DNA of 64,000 bases from Tricharina praecox (taxonomy: Eukaryota), in assembly GCF_024521635.1 (NCBI RefSeq), contig NW_026250425.1, positions 434,001-498,000 of the forward strand, given 5' to 3'. The position numbers and the translations under genes were made by a program. The notes beneath the pieces were generated by a model. That model did no database searches. It was given only the letters and a program-made list of their open reading frames with translations, and was not told the origin of the DNA. Below, piece by piece: positions 11,617 to 23,092 of this stretch. Each line of letters begins with the position of its first letter. Position 1 is the stretch's first letter.

Positions 11617-12713
11617 ATGTCTCACAAAACATATGAGCCCGCCAGCTTATACACATATGCCAAAAATGTGCTCATCAAGTACATCAACAGTACGTTCTCA
11701 CCTTCCCTCCTGTCCTCCACCGCTAACGGCGTCGTGCAGCTATCGAAGATGTCGGAGACATACCCTACCACATCCTCGAGCCAGTCCTCAAGAAGATCAG
11801 CTCCCCGCATCAGCTAGTATATCCCATCTTCCCCTCGGTATCAAGGTTACGCAACTAACACCGTCCAGAAAAAACTGGAAGCAAACTCGCCGCAGATCGC
11901 CGGCGAAGACGAGGACCTCTGGAAGAAGTTCATCGCCCGCGATTTCGGCCTGGACGCAGTCGACAAGTGGGTTCCTAAGAACCCTTCGAGCTGGAGCAAA
12001 GTCTACGACGTACGTACCCCTCCCCAGATTCGAGTTTGGTGTGGTGTGGTGCTGATGGGTGTGCGTAATAGAAACACCAGAAGGAAGCTTCTGCCGCCCA
12101 GGAGCGCGCCGCCCAGCTACTAAAGGCACAGTTCGAGGGTCTCAATTCGTCCAAGGAGTCCGGCCGCACCCGTCTCGTCGAGGCGAAGTCGCTGCCGCCT
12201 CTTCGTCGCCCGAAAACTGGTGGAAGCGGATGGGGCAATAGCACTAACTCGTGGAATCACGCTGCTGGATCGAAGACCAAGAATATCATCCAGAAGGCCC
12301 GCCGCGAAGCAAAGGAAATCAGTATCTACTCGGGATCGAGGAGTCGACTCGCTGCCGACACGTCGACCCTCAGGAGGGGAGGCGTCAGTGAGACCCTCCA
12401 GAGGAGGATCCGTACCGCTGAGGAGGTCAAGAAGATGGCAGAGGTTAGCAGGAGCAACGGTCGCGCCAGCGGCGCTTCCGCGTCGTCGAAGGATCTGAAG
12501 AGGAAGGCGGAGGTGGTCGACGAAGAGGACGACGAAGATGATGAGGAGAAGAGGCTGAAGATGGAGGATAAGTGGAAGAAGGCCCAGGAAAAGAGGGGAC
12601 CCATCGTCGGTGGCCCGAGGTTGAAGGTGCTGCCCGGCAAGAAGGCGGCTGAACCCTTCATGAAGCCTAAGAAGGCGAATCCCCTTGCGTTGCCGCCTCA
12701 GAGGAAGAGGTAG
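11617..12713 (+). CDS. ELA1: Elongin A (RNA Pol II elongation factor SIII subunit A / Ela1-like)
   Basis: BC-box-like PASLYTYAKNVL; IEDVGDIPYHILEPVLKKI; LEANSPQI..LWKKFIARDF; introns about 11690-11739, 11817-11868, 12010-12071. Confidence 0.82.
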
Positions 12714-14720
12714 AAGTGGTATGGGCGATGCATATGGACATCTGAGATGGACAGTTGAGATAAGATGGGTGGATTGTTGTGCTTTCGATGTTTGCGCGGG
12801 GTTTTCTGACATATTGTCACCATCTTGATATGGGCAAATGCTTCATAGGGTATGGCACTCGACGGGAAGCGAGTGAGCACCAGAGATGGTTGGGGGCTAC
12901 GGTTGCAACATGAACTTTTTCTTTGCTCTTTTTCTTTTTGCATTTAGCATTGCAGTATTATCACTTTGTTCTTTTTTTTGTTGAATCATGATTGTATTCG
13001 ACCTTAGTGTAGATCATGGCAGAATTACATGTCCGCTTCCGCCCGGCTGTCACCGACCGCTGGCCACGAGCTCGATACCGGTTCCCTTTTGCTCTCCGCT
13101 CAGCCCTCCCTACAGTATTATCACTTGATATGCGGTATGGTGGTCCTCGGGTGAGAGCACCCCGTACGAGTGATATCTACGATGGCACCACACGATGGCA
13201 CCAACGCCTCAGCAAAACCAGCATTGGAATACCGGTATGTAAGAGCTCAATAAGCAAGCAGAGGAAGAAGCAGTCGATGATTCCCTTCGCCATCTCACAT
13301 GCCTAACCCGCACAGCCAACTAAGTAATGAGCCAAACCACCGTTCCTCCCATCCCCACGTACCTAAATACAAACCTTTCCACTCGACTTCTCAACGTTAT
13401 AGTTTCCACGTGCGGTAGGTAGTCCAAGCTCTTGTTGAATACTATTAACCTCAAGCATCAACCCCACATCCCCCTTGATAATAGTACACTACATAGCCCG
13501 GAACTTTGAATAGCGTCTGGAAGTATATCGGTATGGCCACGCCGCGGTCCCTTTACTAATGGCATTTGCCACTCCTCAGCTGTGGAGCGTTACATTTGTT
13601 AGTCAACGGTTGGTGGCTAGTGGTGGGGGACGAGGCACGAGGAGCGGGACGGAGGACTCTTGTTGACCTACCATCTGTACCGAGACCAAGATCATCATCA
13701 ACAATCAATCGTTCACCCATCATCAACCCCATCGTCACGATTTATCAAACAAGCCGCTCACCGCCCTCGGCTCGCGGGGACATCATACGCACCGGGTAAT
13801 AGTTGGAACTTAGGGCATCGCGTTGGCCAAACCTTCCAAGCCGTGCTCGACTCTGGGGCGAACTGAGGACACATCGCGAGCACGTCATGCTTCTTCAGTG
13901 AACCACGTGTTTGACGGGCACCTATCACTGCAAAGTCGTCTCTTACCTACTGATTCTCCGCTTCCGCCAGATCATCATGGCCCCCCATGATAGTAGATCA
14001 AGTACCGGTAGGACTCGCGTAGTCCTCCGGTTGTGGACTGAAATGCTCGCTCGCTCGTTTGTTGCATGTGCTCCGAGGGGAAGCGGGTTTTTTGGAGTGA
14101 CCCATGTGGCAAGGAGAGGTTATCTACAATATAAAGTTCCAATGAAGTGAGGGTGTCCGAAAATTACAGCGCTCGGCGCTCCTCAGATGCTGGAAAAGAT
14201 TCTCCGCCGCAAACCCAGATTTGCCGAACACACCACGCCGTCCTCGACTCGAAGAGGGAAATTCGAGACGTAAAATAGAGTATATAGGAGCAGCTTCCCG
14301 CCTCTAAGAGTCTAAGAGGAAACTTTAAAGGTAAACAGCCAGCGGAGCAAAATCCGCGTCACGAAAAATCACATATGACCGCCGCCCGCTCATACAAACG
14401 GCCACCCTTTTCGAGTCCGCTGGAGATGCTCGGTTTGGCCTGTCATCTCGAAGTCCCCCCCCCCTCCCGTCCATGTGACTGGAACATTCTCCCCTAGACT
14501 ATCTGTGGTCTTCATGTAGTACTACCAAGGCACCGCCTGCTTTCGAGTTGGCCACGCTCATAAGAAGAAGCTTCGGCACGCGAAGGTCGATGGGAGGCCG
14601 CGTCGACCCGTGCGAAGTATTTATGCTTGTCCGTTGATGGTGGAGCGGCATCACGGAATCCCACTCGCGCATACCTATAGGTAGCACACAAACAGCATAT
14701 TGCCACATCACTTGCTCAAA

Positions 14721-14908
14721 CAGCGAGTGGAGGGCCAGTGCTGCTGGTGCAGTCGGGCCAGGCAAACCCTGGAGCACCTATATAAGAACCGCTCCTGATG
14801 GGAGAGCAGCAAGCGGGCTTATGGGCGCGAGTGAGGAAAGATACGGGACGAGAGCGGCGCCGCTGGAGCATGGCCGGGCTCCTCGCAGACGAGTGCTGCA
14901 GCAAATTT
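14721..14908 (+). mobile_element. Decayed non-LTR retrotransposon (LINE) zinc-finger relic
   Basis: Translates as QCCWCSRARQTLEHLYKNRS*W / frameshift / QQAGLWARVRKDTGRERRRWSMAGLLADECCS, which aligns by eye with HCWWCNRPTKQSREHLFKNCSRWRSQQKALWAKVVKETERRKERWSIAELFADERCS of the LINE at 42.1-43.1 kb. Confidence 0.75.
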
Positions 14909-17900
14909 GTGGTCTGTTACTCGCAGCGTCTAGTTGTACATATGTAGTTCACTGTGGCAACTGGCCTAGGGCTAGGCGAGCATATACTAGGAGTTCAGTC
15001 TGGTCCATAGAGCTCCCAGGCAGGCCTGGGCGCGAACAGTTGTGGAGCGGGCGGGCCCGTAGAACGGACCACAGGGACCGAGCAACGAGATGCTTCCACT
15101 ATCACTCGTCCCGGGGTTGGTGCTCCGGGGCTTCGGGCCCCGAGGAGCGGTCCTTGGAGGGTATGTAGGAGGAGTGGTTCCTCACGCCACCGGGTCTGTT
15201 CAACCGCTCGTCAGGCTCGACAAATACATCATACTACATCTGGACTGGGACAATGTGAGGGCCAGCAAGTGCGGAGAAAAAGAGACAAATGACGTCAAGG
15301 AAGGAAGAAAGTGGACATGGAACACACGAGCGCGGTAGGGGTGAAGTACTCTACTGGGCTTCCTGGGCTTCCTGGTAGAGTCGACAGGAGGCTGGGCGGG
15401 ACGGGAGGTGCAATAAAACGTGGTGGAAACCTCAGGAAGGACGGGGACGAGCCGTTGTCATTTCATTTCCTTCGTCTACGGTACTCGACATGTGACTTCC
15501 TTGGTACGAGCAACGGGAGAGGGCTCAGGGCTGGGCGGAGAGCTCACGGCCAGCGGTCGGAGGCTTGGGGAGGAACAGGCAATATGGTCGAATGCAATGA
15601 TGGATCCACCAGAAACAAAATACGAGCAATTCTTGATCGAGATCGAGTGGACTGTGAACATGCAAACGACATGTGTATACGGTATTACCATAATCCGGGA
15701 TACTCTACCTGCCTAGGTCGCAAGCAATAAATACTTAATCAAATAAACAAAAAGAGGAGCCATTCATACTTTACTAATGTACGCATGCAAGTCTACAGTG
15801 CATAGAGTACTTGATACCGGTATCGCGATACGAGGAGTACGTACTCCATGTAGAGATCCGAATCCGACTGAATGTGGGGGAAAAACATCGGCCCGATGTC
15901 CGAGCCGTACTCGTACATAACCCCACAGAACGGCCATATGTAAAGTCCGGGGAGACCGCGGGGAATAACTTTCGAAGAGGCTGGGTCGCTAGCTTCCACT
16001 TGACTCGCGTGGTCCACGTTATGTGGATACCCTGCACAGTGGAGTGATGACGGCTGGTCAATTAACCCCCGAAGAAGGGTATTCAAGTGACTATGTACTA
16101 GGTACTATATAGCTAGTAGTTCGGTGGTCTGCGCCGAGAACCTGGTCCTTAGTTACTTGGTTATCCGTTCCGTATGTAGGTGTCGGAACATTATTTCACC
16201 GCAGCGAACGGAACTGAAGTTCGGACAGAGCGGAGGATTCGTAGATGGTATGAAGTATGTATAGTATTATGTGTGGACTTGTGTTGATGCCGCTCCATAG
16301 GCATACCTAACTATGTAGATATCGGTACTCGGGGAGTCGTAACTCGCACGTAGAAGTACGTACGGCATCCGGAGCCTTCGTAGAACGATTCCCACTGATT
16401 CGGATCGAGAGCGGTGTGATACCTAGTGCTAGAATAGTGGCGAGTATACCTTCCGGAGCTTTCTACCGCCAGCTGCGGCACCCGCGTCTCATGAGAAAAA
16501 TGGCCAGGCGGTTCCCGCGGGGTGGCCAGAAAGGGTGTGACTGTGAGTAGAGTACATATAGAGTAGAGTACCTACCGGTACCGTACTGTTGGCACGGATT
16601 GGTTAGTGCACTGAGGGGAATGTTCTCACCGAAACAACGGATGTGGATACAGAGTTATATGTGGTAGAGACATGGGCATAACTATCGGTACGTTTGTTCA
16701 CCCGGAATGCAGTCCATGTCCCAGAAGCGGGGAAGCAAGAGCGGGGAAGCAGGTGCCACTTCCCGCCGATCGGCAGGGGAGAGACGGCCGCAATCGTGTC
16801 GGGATCCTCTGATCGCTGTAGGTACTCTACATATATACGGCCAGAAAGATTGACATTGTTGATCCTGAACGGCTGCGGATATATCTAGGTGCATACTTCA
16901 ATCAGTTCCTTCTCGCCATGCTTTGCAACCTCCCGTTTTAGAGGACATACGGTAGATATTCGACGAACCATCGGACTTTTACTCCTCGGGTCGGACGAGA
17001 GGCAGAGTGCTCAGAACAAAAAGTGAATGGTACTATTAGTACATATGACCGTTCCAGGCCCCTCCCTAAGCCTTACCAGACCCACCAGAGACAAAATCCG
17101 TCTTGGTATATGTCCTAGCCCGTCCAGAGAGATATATAGGCCAGCTGCCTATGCCGTTGTAAACCTGCGGGGCTCAGTTTCGGGACTATGAATGGCCGTC
17201 AAAAGACTTGCTCGGGCCGATCGCTTTCGAGCGATAAGTTTCGGGAATCTCATCGGCTCTCCGACGACAACTCTAAGAGTGATATCCAATGATTGATGCT
17301 GACATCGATACCAAAAGCAAAACTCCCAGTTGCAAAGCCTCACTGTTCCCGGTTTTTCTCTCTGACAACTGCTGTGCACACTGCACTTCCATCTTTGTCT
17401 AGCCGGGACGCTATTTCCGCAGAAGCACGGTTCGCCTTTCACCGTTCACGACCTCAACGGCATTTCTGCCGGAGCCAGTGGCAAAAGCCAAAACCAAAGA
17501 TGGATGGTCCACGGTGGAGTTGGGGGGATCCTGGGGAGGGGAGTGGGGGATGCCACTCGAAGTGTGGCACGGTGTTCGTACCACACACTGTAGCGGCTTC
17601 CCAATTGCGTTGAGTGCATCGTCAAAACCTTGTGTGGCCTGCGGATTTTCCCCAGAAGTCCACGCGAGCTTTTCCCGAGTGTTAGCACCGGGAAGTGCCG
17701 TGGCATTTGGGTCTTCCCCGAATTGGTGCAGAGGCGTTCAACCGATCGAGGAGAAAAAACAATAAAAAAATGCGGAGAGCAGACCGGTTACGCAAGATCC
17801 CAATGGCACGCTATGACGTACCGAGTATAACGCGTCTCAGTGGCCCGCAGTTTACGCCTCTTCTCCACCACCATCTCTGCTTCGGTCCGAAGGAGGGAAT

Positions 17901-18004
17901 TTATGGCCAGCCAAGACCCGCCCCGGATATCTGCATGGTGGATGGAACTATCATGACGACAGGGAGGTGCATCTGCTCGGCCATGTCCCGGGGCTCCCCT
18001 CCTG

Positions 18005-18034
18005 CCCCAGTGCGGAGAACACTCGGTAGTGGAG
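18005..18034 (+). promoter_or_regulatory. Putative CGG-N8-CGG Zn2Cys6 site flanked by two CreA-type SYGGRG sites
   Basis: CCCCAG 18005-18010 (reverse complement CTGGGG); CGG-agaacact-CGG 18013-18026; GTGGAG 18029-18034; about 120 nt upstream of the GH32 ATG. Confidence 0.45.
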
Positions 18035-18152
18035 ATACCGCCAACGACCAGCCCCCAGCCCCCAACCCATCCGTATATCAATCAGATCGCCCCACACTCG
18101 CAATGATATCACACCGTCTTCAGAGCGCTCTTGAGCTTCGTCCGTCGCCAAC

Positions 18153-20205
18153 ATGCATATCTCTTCCTTCCTAGGTCTCATCTCGGCCGCCCTGCTCGTC
18201 GGAGCTCAGGATATCGATCCCACCGCGGACTTGAACTCCTTCGGGAACAACACTCTCTTCAACCGATGGCGTCCCCAGTACCATTTCCTCGCTCCTGCCG
18301 GCTGGATGAATGTTTGCACCCCCCTCAAGCTGCCTCTTCGGTGACGGATCGGTGCTGATGCTGATGCAATCGACAGGACCCCTGCGGAGCTGTTTACGAT
18401 CCCAGCCGTGACCTCTACCACTTGATGTACCAATGGCACCCTCACCACGTGCAATGGGGTAACATTTCGTGGGGCCACGCCGTATCCAAGGACTTGGTGA
18501 CTTGGACGGACATGCACGACTGGCGCGGAGACGCGGCCACCTCTCTCGCTCCCGGCCCAGGTGAGTACGACGAGCTGTCCGTATTTACCGGTACCATCCA
18601 GCCGGTCAACATCACCGGTGGAAACGATGGCACACTCCTCGCCTTCTACACTTCGATCCGTGCCCTCCCCACGAACTGGAGGCTGCCGTACATTCCCGGA
18701 ACCGAGAGCCAGAGTTTGGCCACTTCGGTGGATGGCGGAAAGACGTGGCAGAAGTACGAGGGAAACCCCGTCATCGAGGGACACCCCGAGGGCTGGAATA
18801 TCACCGGTCTGAGGGATCCGTTCTTTGAGGCGTGGCCCGAAATGGATGCGCTGCTCGGACAGGAGGAGGATCACTTCTACATGGTCATGGGATCGGGAAT
18901 CAAGGACGTTGGCCCTCGCATCCCGCTGTACTCGGCAAAGAAGAATGATCTCACCAAGTGGACATTCCTGGGTGCTCTCTGGGAGCCGAACATGAACGAG
19001 ACGTTCGGGGATATTGAGGTTACTGGATCTTTCGGGTATGTAACCACTTACCTCCGTGTGCTTGGTAACCCCCAGCAATACCACGAATACCGGCTAACTC
19101 GGACAACAGCTTCAACTTCGAAGTCTCCAACTTCTTTTCCCTGAAGGACAGCACTGGCAAGGCCCACTACTACGTCACGATGGGTGCCGAGGGAGGCAGC
19201 ATCCCCAGCCACGGCCGCTGGTCCCTCTGGAGCGAGGGCCAGGTCACCCGCCGCCAAAACGGTTCTGCCGAGTTCGACGTCCTCTCCTCCGGCGTTGCCG
19301 ACTGGGGTAACCTCTACGCCTTGACCGCCTTCAACGACACCAAGAACGACCGCCGCGTGCAGTGGGGTTGGTCCGAAGAAGGTAACTATCTCACCACTCT
19401 TCAACTTCTCTGTCCACACTCCCGCTAACTCCCAGCAGACATGGGCAACTACGGTGTCCGAGCCCAAGGCTTCCAGGGTGCTTTAGGTCTCCCACGTGAA
19501 GTCTTCGTAAAGGAGACCCACAACATTATCTCGGAGCCCGGAAACCCCATCGCCGCCAAATCCGACAGCTACCTCTCCCAGCACGCCAACGGCACGTTCA
19601 CCGCGCGAACTCTCGGAGTCCGCCCCCTCCCCGATGTCGTCGCCGGTCTCCAGCGCGGATGCAAGCCGCAGCGCTTCCACCCCGCCATCACCAACGGCAC
19701 CGCGTACCTCCCCCTGCGCTCCGCCCACTTCCATCTGCACGTGACGCTCTCCACCTCCGCCCCCGCGGGTCTCACCATCCTCTCCTCGCCCACCTCCGGC
19801 GAGGAGACCCGCATCATCTACGATCCCAGCGCACACACCATCTCCGTCGACCGCACCAAGTCCTCGCTGATCGCCGAATTCGGCAACACCACCGCCTACG
19901 GCCACTACTTCGCGCCGCTCCTTGCAGGCGGAAAGCGCGAGGGGATCACACTCGACGTGTTCGTGGACGGCTCGCTGATCGAGATCTTCGCCAACGACCG
20001 CTTCTCGCTGACTACTCGTGCTTACCCCTCGAAGGAGGATGCGCAGAGAGTCGCTGTCTGGGGCAATGGCGCGGCTTGGTCCGATATCGTTGCTTATGAT
20101 CAGCTCAGGAATGCTTTCCCGCAGAGACCAGCCAACTCCTCCGCCGAACTGGTCTGGGACGGGCCGGAGAACAGTGGGAACTTCACTTACTGGCCTGGCT
20201 GGTAA
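18153..20205 (+). CDS. Secreted glycoside hydrolase family 32 (beta-fructofuranosidase/invertase)
   Basis: Signal peptide MHISSFLGLISAALLVGA; WRPQYH...WMN|DPCG nucleophile motif split by an intron; WGHAVSKDL, FTGT, RDP, FNFEV; C-terminal VFVDGSLIEIFAND; introns about 18312-18376, 19037-19109, 19382-19437. Confidence 0.93.
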
Positions 20206-20689
20206 ATGTGTATAATGTATGCGAGTAATGGCGGATGATTGCGAGTCTGTAACATGAGTTAATGTTGGTAAATACATGTAATGAAATTCATCAAGAGACG
20301 AGACAATATCCGAGTTGTGTGTATAACTGCATGGGTGCGAGACTTCAATGGCAATGACGTAGTGATCCTATTCTGTTGGGTATGTATGGAGGGGCCAAGC
20401 AACGCGCGTTGAGACACCGCCGTCAACGTTCGAGCACTCCCCATCCGTGCAAGCTATGCATTTTTCAAGTTAAATCACTCCACATCACGAGCAAGTATCT
20501 AGTGCCGCTATGGGACGCACCCGCCCGCACCTGGACCTACCTCCACCTCCACACCCACCCCATCCCCGTCCGCCCCCTTTCTGCCCTTAACCCATAACCC
20601 ACAAGCGATAGACAGACAACTCACGCGTCCCCCCACCCCGCCTTCCGCCCTCCCGCCCTTCCACCATCTACTCCCGCCGTTAATCCAGC

Positions 20690-22276
20690 ATGTCGACGCC
20701 CCCTCCGCACGCGGCCGTAGTCGCCGTTCGCACCTCCACCTCGACCGCGACGACGACCCGGCGCACGCGCAAAGCAGTGGTGTACCAGGAGTCCTCGCAC
20801 GACTCTGACGGCGACGAGTCGGCGGACGAGAAGCCAGCGAAGGCAAAGGCAAAGGCAAAGGCAAAGGCAAAGGTGAAGGTGAAGGTGAAGGCGAAGCCAA
20901 AGGCAATCGCAAAGCCGAAGGAGGCGGGCAGGAGAAAGCGTAAGCCGGCGGACGAGGACGAGGATGAGGATGAGGATGAGGATGCGGACGCCGACGCCGA
21001 CGAGGATGACGTCAAGCCAGCGGTGATCGCCGCGACCGCCACGGCGAAAAAACGAAAAACTACGTCTGCCGCCGCGACCACCACCACGAAGACCGCGACC
21101 AAGCCCACGACCAAGCCGACTCCCACGACTACGGCCTCGGCCACGAAGACGAAGACACGCGCACCCCCATCGAAAGCCAAAGTCAACGCCAACGAGATGC
21201 TCGCGACCCGCCTGCTCAACCCGCGACTGCTGATCGGCGCGCACGTCAGCGCCGCCAAGGGCGTCCAAAACGCGATCACGAACTCCCTCTCTATCGGCGG
21301 CAACTCACTGGCGCTGTTCCTGAAGTCGCAGCGCAAGTGGGCGTCGCCCGCGCTGTCGGCGACCAACGCCAGCCTCTTCCGCGCCGCCTGCATAGAACAC
21401 AACTACAACCCCGCCACGCAGATCTTGCCGCACGGCAGCTACCTGATCAACCTTGCGCAGCACGACGCCGTCAAGGCCGAGCAGGCGTACGTGTGCTTCC
21501 TGGACGACCTGCAGCGCTGCGAGACCCTCGGCATCGGCTTGTACAACTTCCATCCTGGCAGCACGCTCGGCGAGCCAAGGGATGAGGCGCTGGGCAGGAT
21601 CGCCGCCGCCCTCAATAGGGCGCACAAGGGCACGACGATGGTCAAGACGGTGGTGGAGAACATGGTTGGGGCCGGTAACGTCGTCGGCAGCAGCTTTGAG
21701 GATCTCCGCGACATCATCGCGGGGGTCACGGACAAGAGCCGCGTCGGCGTGTGCCTCGACACGTGCCACCTGTTCGCCGCCGGGCACGATATCAGCACGC
21801 CCGCGGGCTACGACCAGGTCATGAAGAACTTCGACGACATCGTCGGCCGCCAGTACCTGTGCGCGCTGCACCTGAACGACTCCAAGGGCCCGCTGGGCAG
21901 CAAGAAGGATCTGCACTGCAACATTGGCCACGGATTCCTGGGGCTCGAGGCGTTCCGGCTCATCGTTAACGATGCGAGGCTGCACGGACTGCCCATGGTG
22001 CTCGAGACGCCGAACGGCGAGGATCCGGGGGTCTGGGCCAAGGAGATTAAGCTGCTCGAGAGCCTGGTGGGCATGACGGGCGAGGAGGCCGAGTTCAAGG
22101 CGTTGGTCGAGGAGCTGCAGGAGCTGGGACGCAGCGAGAGGGAGCGCGTGGCGAAGGTGGTCGAGATGAAGGCTGGCAAGAAGGAGAGGAAGCCGGCGCA
22201 GTGGAGGGGGAGGAGGAAGAAGGTCGAGACCGAGGAGGAGGGCAGTGAGAGCGAGGGCTCGGGATGTACCCATTGA
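20690..22276 (+). CDS. APN1: AP endonuclease (endonuclease IV family) with low-complexity basic/acidic N-terminus
   Basis: IGAHVS, PHGSYLINL, YNFHPGS, ENM, GVCLDTCH, HLNDSK, DLH, LETP motifs; intronless. Confidence 0.95.
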   Translation: MSTPPPHAAVVAVRTSTSTATTTRRTRKAVVYQESSHDSDGDESADEKPAKAKAKAKAKAKVKVKVKAKPKAIAKPKEAGRRKRKPADEDEDEDEDEDADADADEDDVKPAVIAATATAKKRKTTSAAATTTTKTATKPTTKPTPTTTASATKTKTRAPPSKAKVNANEMLATRLLNPRLLIGAHVSAAKGVQNAITNSLSIGGNSLALFLKSQRKWASPALSATNASLFRAACIEHNYNPATQILPHGSYLINLAQHDAVKAEQAYVCFLDDLQRCETLGIGLYNFHPGSTLGEPRDEALGRIAAALNRAHKGTTMVKTVVENMVGAGNVVGSSFEDLRDIIAGVTDKSRVGVCLDTCHLFAAGHDISTPAGYDQVMKNFDDIVGRQYLCALHLNDSKGPLGSKKDLHCNIGHGFLGLEAFRLIVNDARLHGLPMVLETPNGEDPGVWAKEIKLLESLVGMTGEEAEFKALVEELQELGRSERERVAKVVEMKAGKKERKPAQWRGRRKKVETEEEGSESEGSGCTH

Positions 22277-23092
22277 GCGGTTTTACGCTGTATCGTACCT
22301 TCCATTTTTTTTTCATCTTGTACCATAGTTAGGAGCATTATGGGGAGTCTACTGTCTTTCCAACCTGTTGGTGCAATTCACTGCACACTGCACACTCAAT
22401 GCACCGTCCGTCCTTCAATCATGGGCTTGAAACACAATATAGTAGTATGTATGCATCTACACCACTCACCACTCACTCACTCCTCACAGACAGTCCAGCA
22501 GCAGTCCGAGTCCGAGTCCGAGTCCGCGTCGTAGTCAACCACAAAAAAAAATCCAAAATGCGAAGAAGAAACCAACCACCAACAACTCCATAAAACAAAA
22601 AACAAAACAGCAGAAATGGGAAAAGAGAAGAATAATAAAAAGGCAAAAAAAAAGAAATCCAAAATACACCCCCAATCGACAAGTCAAACAAACGATCAGG
22701 ATCAGGATCAGGTCAGGATCAGACGGAGAAATCCCACCAGCCCAAGCCCCAGCCCCACTATCATCCCCGCATTTTCTCTATTCCACCCCACCACCACCCC
22801 ACCACAGCACACCCCAGACGCGCGCCCTACAACAACAGCAGATACCCAGCCCAGCACCACCCCATGAAAGTCCTCATGATAATCGGAGGGGAAATAAGAA
22901 CAAGAGGAGGAGGAAGAAGAAGAAGAAGAAGTAGACCGGTGATAAAACGATAAGAAAAAATCGAGGAGCAAATCGTCCAAGTCCATAGCTACAAGAGCAT
23001 CCATCAATCGTCACATTGTCGCCCGCCCGCCCGTCCGCACCGTGTACACGGCCCTCCCGGCCTCCCACTCGCCGCCCGCCACCACCCCGCCC

